Assembly: GCA_964016885.1 (NCBI GenBank)
Contig: CAXHJY010001549.1
Span: 62,001-126,000 of the forward strand
Direction of reading: 5' to 3'
Length of the DNA stretch: 64,000 nucleotides
DNA from: Eledone cirrhosa
Taxonomy: Eukaryota
Shown: positions 61,645 to 64,000 of the stretch, one piece after another
How positions within the stretch are numbered: position 1 is the first letter of the stretch
How the letters are laid out: the number at the start of each line of letters is the position of its first letter
Notes under the pieces: generated by a model
Told to the model about the DNA's origin: nothing
Seen by the model: only the letters and a program-made list of their open reading frames with translations
Database searches by the model: none
Program-made: the position numbers and the translations under genes

Positions 61645-61970
61645 CAACATTAGAAGGATGCCAACATTGTCAACATCTACAAGAACAAGGGAGTCAAATC
61701 TGTTTGTTGAAACAGTATGGGTATAACATTCCTGTATATTGCTTGGAAGGTCCTGGCCAAGATTATGGTTAAAAGGGTGGTTCAATCAATATTGGAAGCC
61801 TCAAACTAGAGTTACTATGTGGTTTCTGCAGGAACTGAGGCACAGTCAGTGTGATCTTTGTTGACAGACAGCTCCAGGACAAATACAAAGAGCAATAACA
61901 GGACCTGTTCATTGCATTTATAGATCTGTCGTAGGCTTTTGACACAGTAAATTGGGATCTTCTGAGTGAT
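61645..61970 (+). mobile_element. Decayed RTE LINE reverse-transcriptase fragment in the SPRTN intron
   Basis: KDANIVNIYKNKG...KVLAKIM...RQLQDKYKEQ.QDLFIAFIDLS.AFDTVN with stops and frameshifts. Confidence 0.78.
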
Positions 61971-62294
61971 ATAAAAAGCTTCTCTCTGCATGTAACTTCA
62001 AAGCTACATGGTAGCGAGACATGAGCCTTGACTGCAGAAGACCTGAAAAGGCTAAAAATAAAGTATGCACTAATGAATGTGTAATGTTAGTGTGCATGAA
62101 CAACATAGCATAAGTGAACTGATAATAAAGACGCAAAATGGAGAGATTTTACATAATGAAAGCTATACTTATTTTCACAAGAGAAGAGATCTCTCACCCA
62201 GTTTGGGGTGGGTCAGAGATCTCCCTGTTGGATGGAGAGAGTCGACAAGTCTGCACCAGTAACAATTTTGAAGATATTTGTAAGAGCAACTTAC

Positions 62295-62541
62295 TTTTTT
62301 TATCATTTTTCGAAACTTTAGCCTCTTTCTTTTTACCATAATTATCTGGTTCTTTAACTTTAATAAACTCTCCCCCACAAGTTTGCTGGTGTCTTGACGA
62401 CCAAAGGTCATTTTTGGAAGGTGCTCGATTTGTGGCTCGTTTCACCCAGCCATAAAATGGTCTCCAGTGTTGACAAGGCCCATTACAACGCCACCAATGT
62501 TGTTTGTGCAAATTAACTTCATCATAAAAGTTGTGATAAAC
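62295..62541 (-). CDS. SPRTN: SPRTN (Spartan/DVC1) penultimate coding exon: end of the SprT protease subdomain plus zinc-binding subdomain
   Basis: VYHNFYDEVNLHKQHWWRCNGPCQHWRPFYGWVKRATNRAPSKNDLWSSRHQQTCGGEFIKVKEP closely matches human SPRTN VYHTFHDEV...HWWRCNGPC...GYVKRATNREPS...HQKTCGGTYIKIKEP; TTGAG acceptor, A|GTAAGT donor (phase 1). The HExxH exons lie outside the window. Confidence 0.96.
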
Positions 62542-63209
62542 CTCAATAGAAATAAAGAAAAATAATCCACATGTAAAATATAAAAATCAAAGGATATTAT
62601 TAAAATGATTTAAAATAAATTGAATGTCAATTCATAAACTTAATAATCCCATAGTGTGCGCGAGAGAGAGAGGGGAGAGAGAGAGAGAGAGTGTGTGTGT
62701 GATCATTTTACGTCCATTCTTCCATGCTAGTATGGGTTAGACGGGTTGTCCTGTTGTGGGCAGTGCCAGGTCGGGTGAACATGTCCTGCTTATACAGGAA
62801 CTGAGTTTGGCTTGATTTCTACAGCTAGAAGCCCTTCCTAACACCATATATAGTCATAATAAATACAAAAACCAAAACCCAGAGACAATGTGATAAAAGT
62901 AGTATATATATATATATAAACAGATATGTGGGTGTATCATCATCGTATATATGTATATATGTATATATGCAATAATATATATAAAACTGTAGAGCAAATA
63001 TTTATTATTAGTACAGATAAAAAGTTCTTCTTTGCCCACTTATTCCTGAGAGGGTCGTGGGGGACAGAGTCCTCAAACACTCCTTCCAGCGGGTCCTGTC
63101 AGAAGCAACTGTCTCCAACTGACCCCCAAGCAAAAAGTAAGAATATAATATAGTATTAGTAACCATGCTAGCATGGAAAATGGACGTTAAACGAAGATGA
63201 TGATGAAAA

Positions 63210-63460
63210 GTGCGTGGCCTAGTGGTTAGAGCATTGGGATCACAATCATAAGGTTGTAAGTTCGATTCCCAGACTGGCCAATGCATTGTGTCCTTGAGCA
63301 AGACATTTTATTTCACATAGCTCTAATCCACTCAGCTGGAAAAAATGAGTTGCAATGTCACTGGTGCCAAGCTATATCAACCTTTACCTTTCTCTTGGAC
63401 AACATCAGTAGCATGGAGAGGTGAAACCAATATGCATGAGCAACTGCTGGTCTTCCACAA
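63210..63460 (+). mobile_element. Second CORE-like SINE family copy
   Basis: TGGCCTAGTGG A box, GTTCGATTCC B box, GTGTCCTTGAGCAAGACA core. Confidence 0.75.
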
Positions 63461-64000
63461 AAATACCCCACTGCAAACCAACAATTATTGATTACTGAAA
63501 TATTTTAAGGCAATATTCTATGCTAAAGCAGGATTTTCCTTTGCAGCTTCATAAGATAAATAGCAACAACTAGCTTACTTGAATCACCTCTGCCATTTTT
63601 TACATTAGTGTAAAATGGTTGGTGATAAGAAGGGCATCCAGTCATAGAAAACTTGCCAAACAAAGGGTTAGGAAGACTCTTCAACTATGCCAAAGATATG
63701 ACATCTTCCCTAGTGTTGGAATGCACTTGGTAGAGGGCTTGATTGTATGTGGAGTTTCCAGGCCCTACTTTCTGCTGAAGTCAGAGGCTCCACTTGAATG
63801 ATGTCAGGTCTGTGATGACATGTCCAATCTTTGCTAGCAGGAAAATCAGGTGTTAAATGACTATGGTGGTGATGATAATGATATTTTAAAATTGACATTC
63901 TTTGGCTCATATCTAATATTTTTGGTAGAGAGAAAGAGAGAGAAAAATGTCTTTAATCCTTTAGCCTTTAAACCGTCCCCCATCCGGCCAGAATTCTCGC

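Noticed and set aside
62600-64000. Upstream SPRTN exon with the HExxH motif
   Set aside because: Not found in any frame inspected; presumably beyond the right edge

Overview
AT-rich, repeat-dense eukaryotic genomic DNA. It is most likely an octopod cephalopod, inferred from the SINE/LINE repertoire and microsatellite load. The ORF track is mostly spurious; real coding sequence is spliced and lies on the minus strand. (1) The last two coding exons of SPRTN (Spartan DNA-protein crosslink protease) are at 62541-62295 and 60810-59435. (2) A multi-exon gene that the ORF track misses was reconstructed by hand from GT-AG sites and phases. It has 10 coding exons from 45049 to 2057 (~435 aa, continuing past the left edge) and encodes a signal peptide followed by four tandem divergent PLAT/LH2-like domains, each encoded by a phase 1-0-1 exon pair. 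(3) Its ~29.6-kb intron holds a ~27.4-kb triplet-built satellite (16414-43793). The transcribed strand of this satellite is almost G-free and repeats the branch-point/STAR-protein element ACUAAC about every 15 nt. It also reads as long open Pro-Leu-Thr-Thr mucin-like frames. (4) A recent ~4-kb tandem duplication (46930-55005) whose two copies carry different transposon insertions. The rest comprises CORE-like and other SINEs, RTE and CR1 LINE fragments, non-autonomous Helitrons, piggyBac- and Tc2-like MITEs, a solo LTR, a decayed Tc1/mariner transposase and a 28-bp minisatellite.
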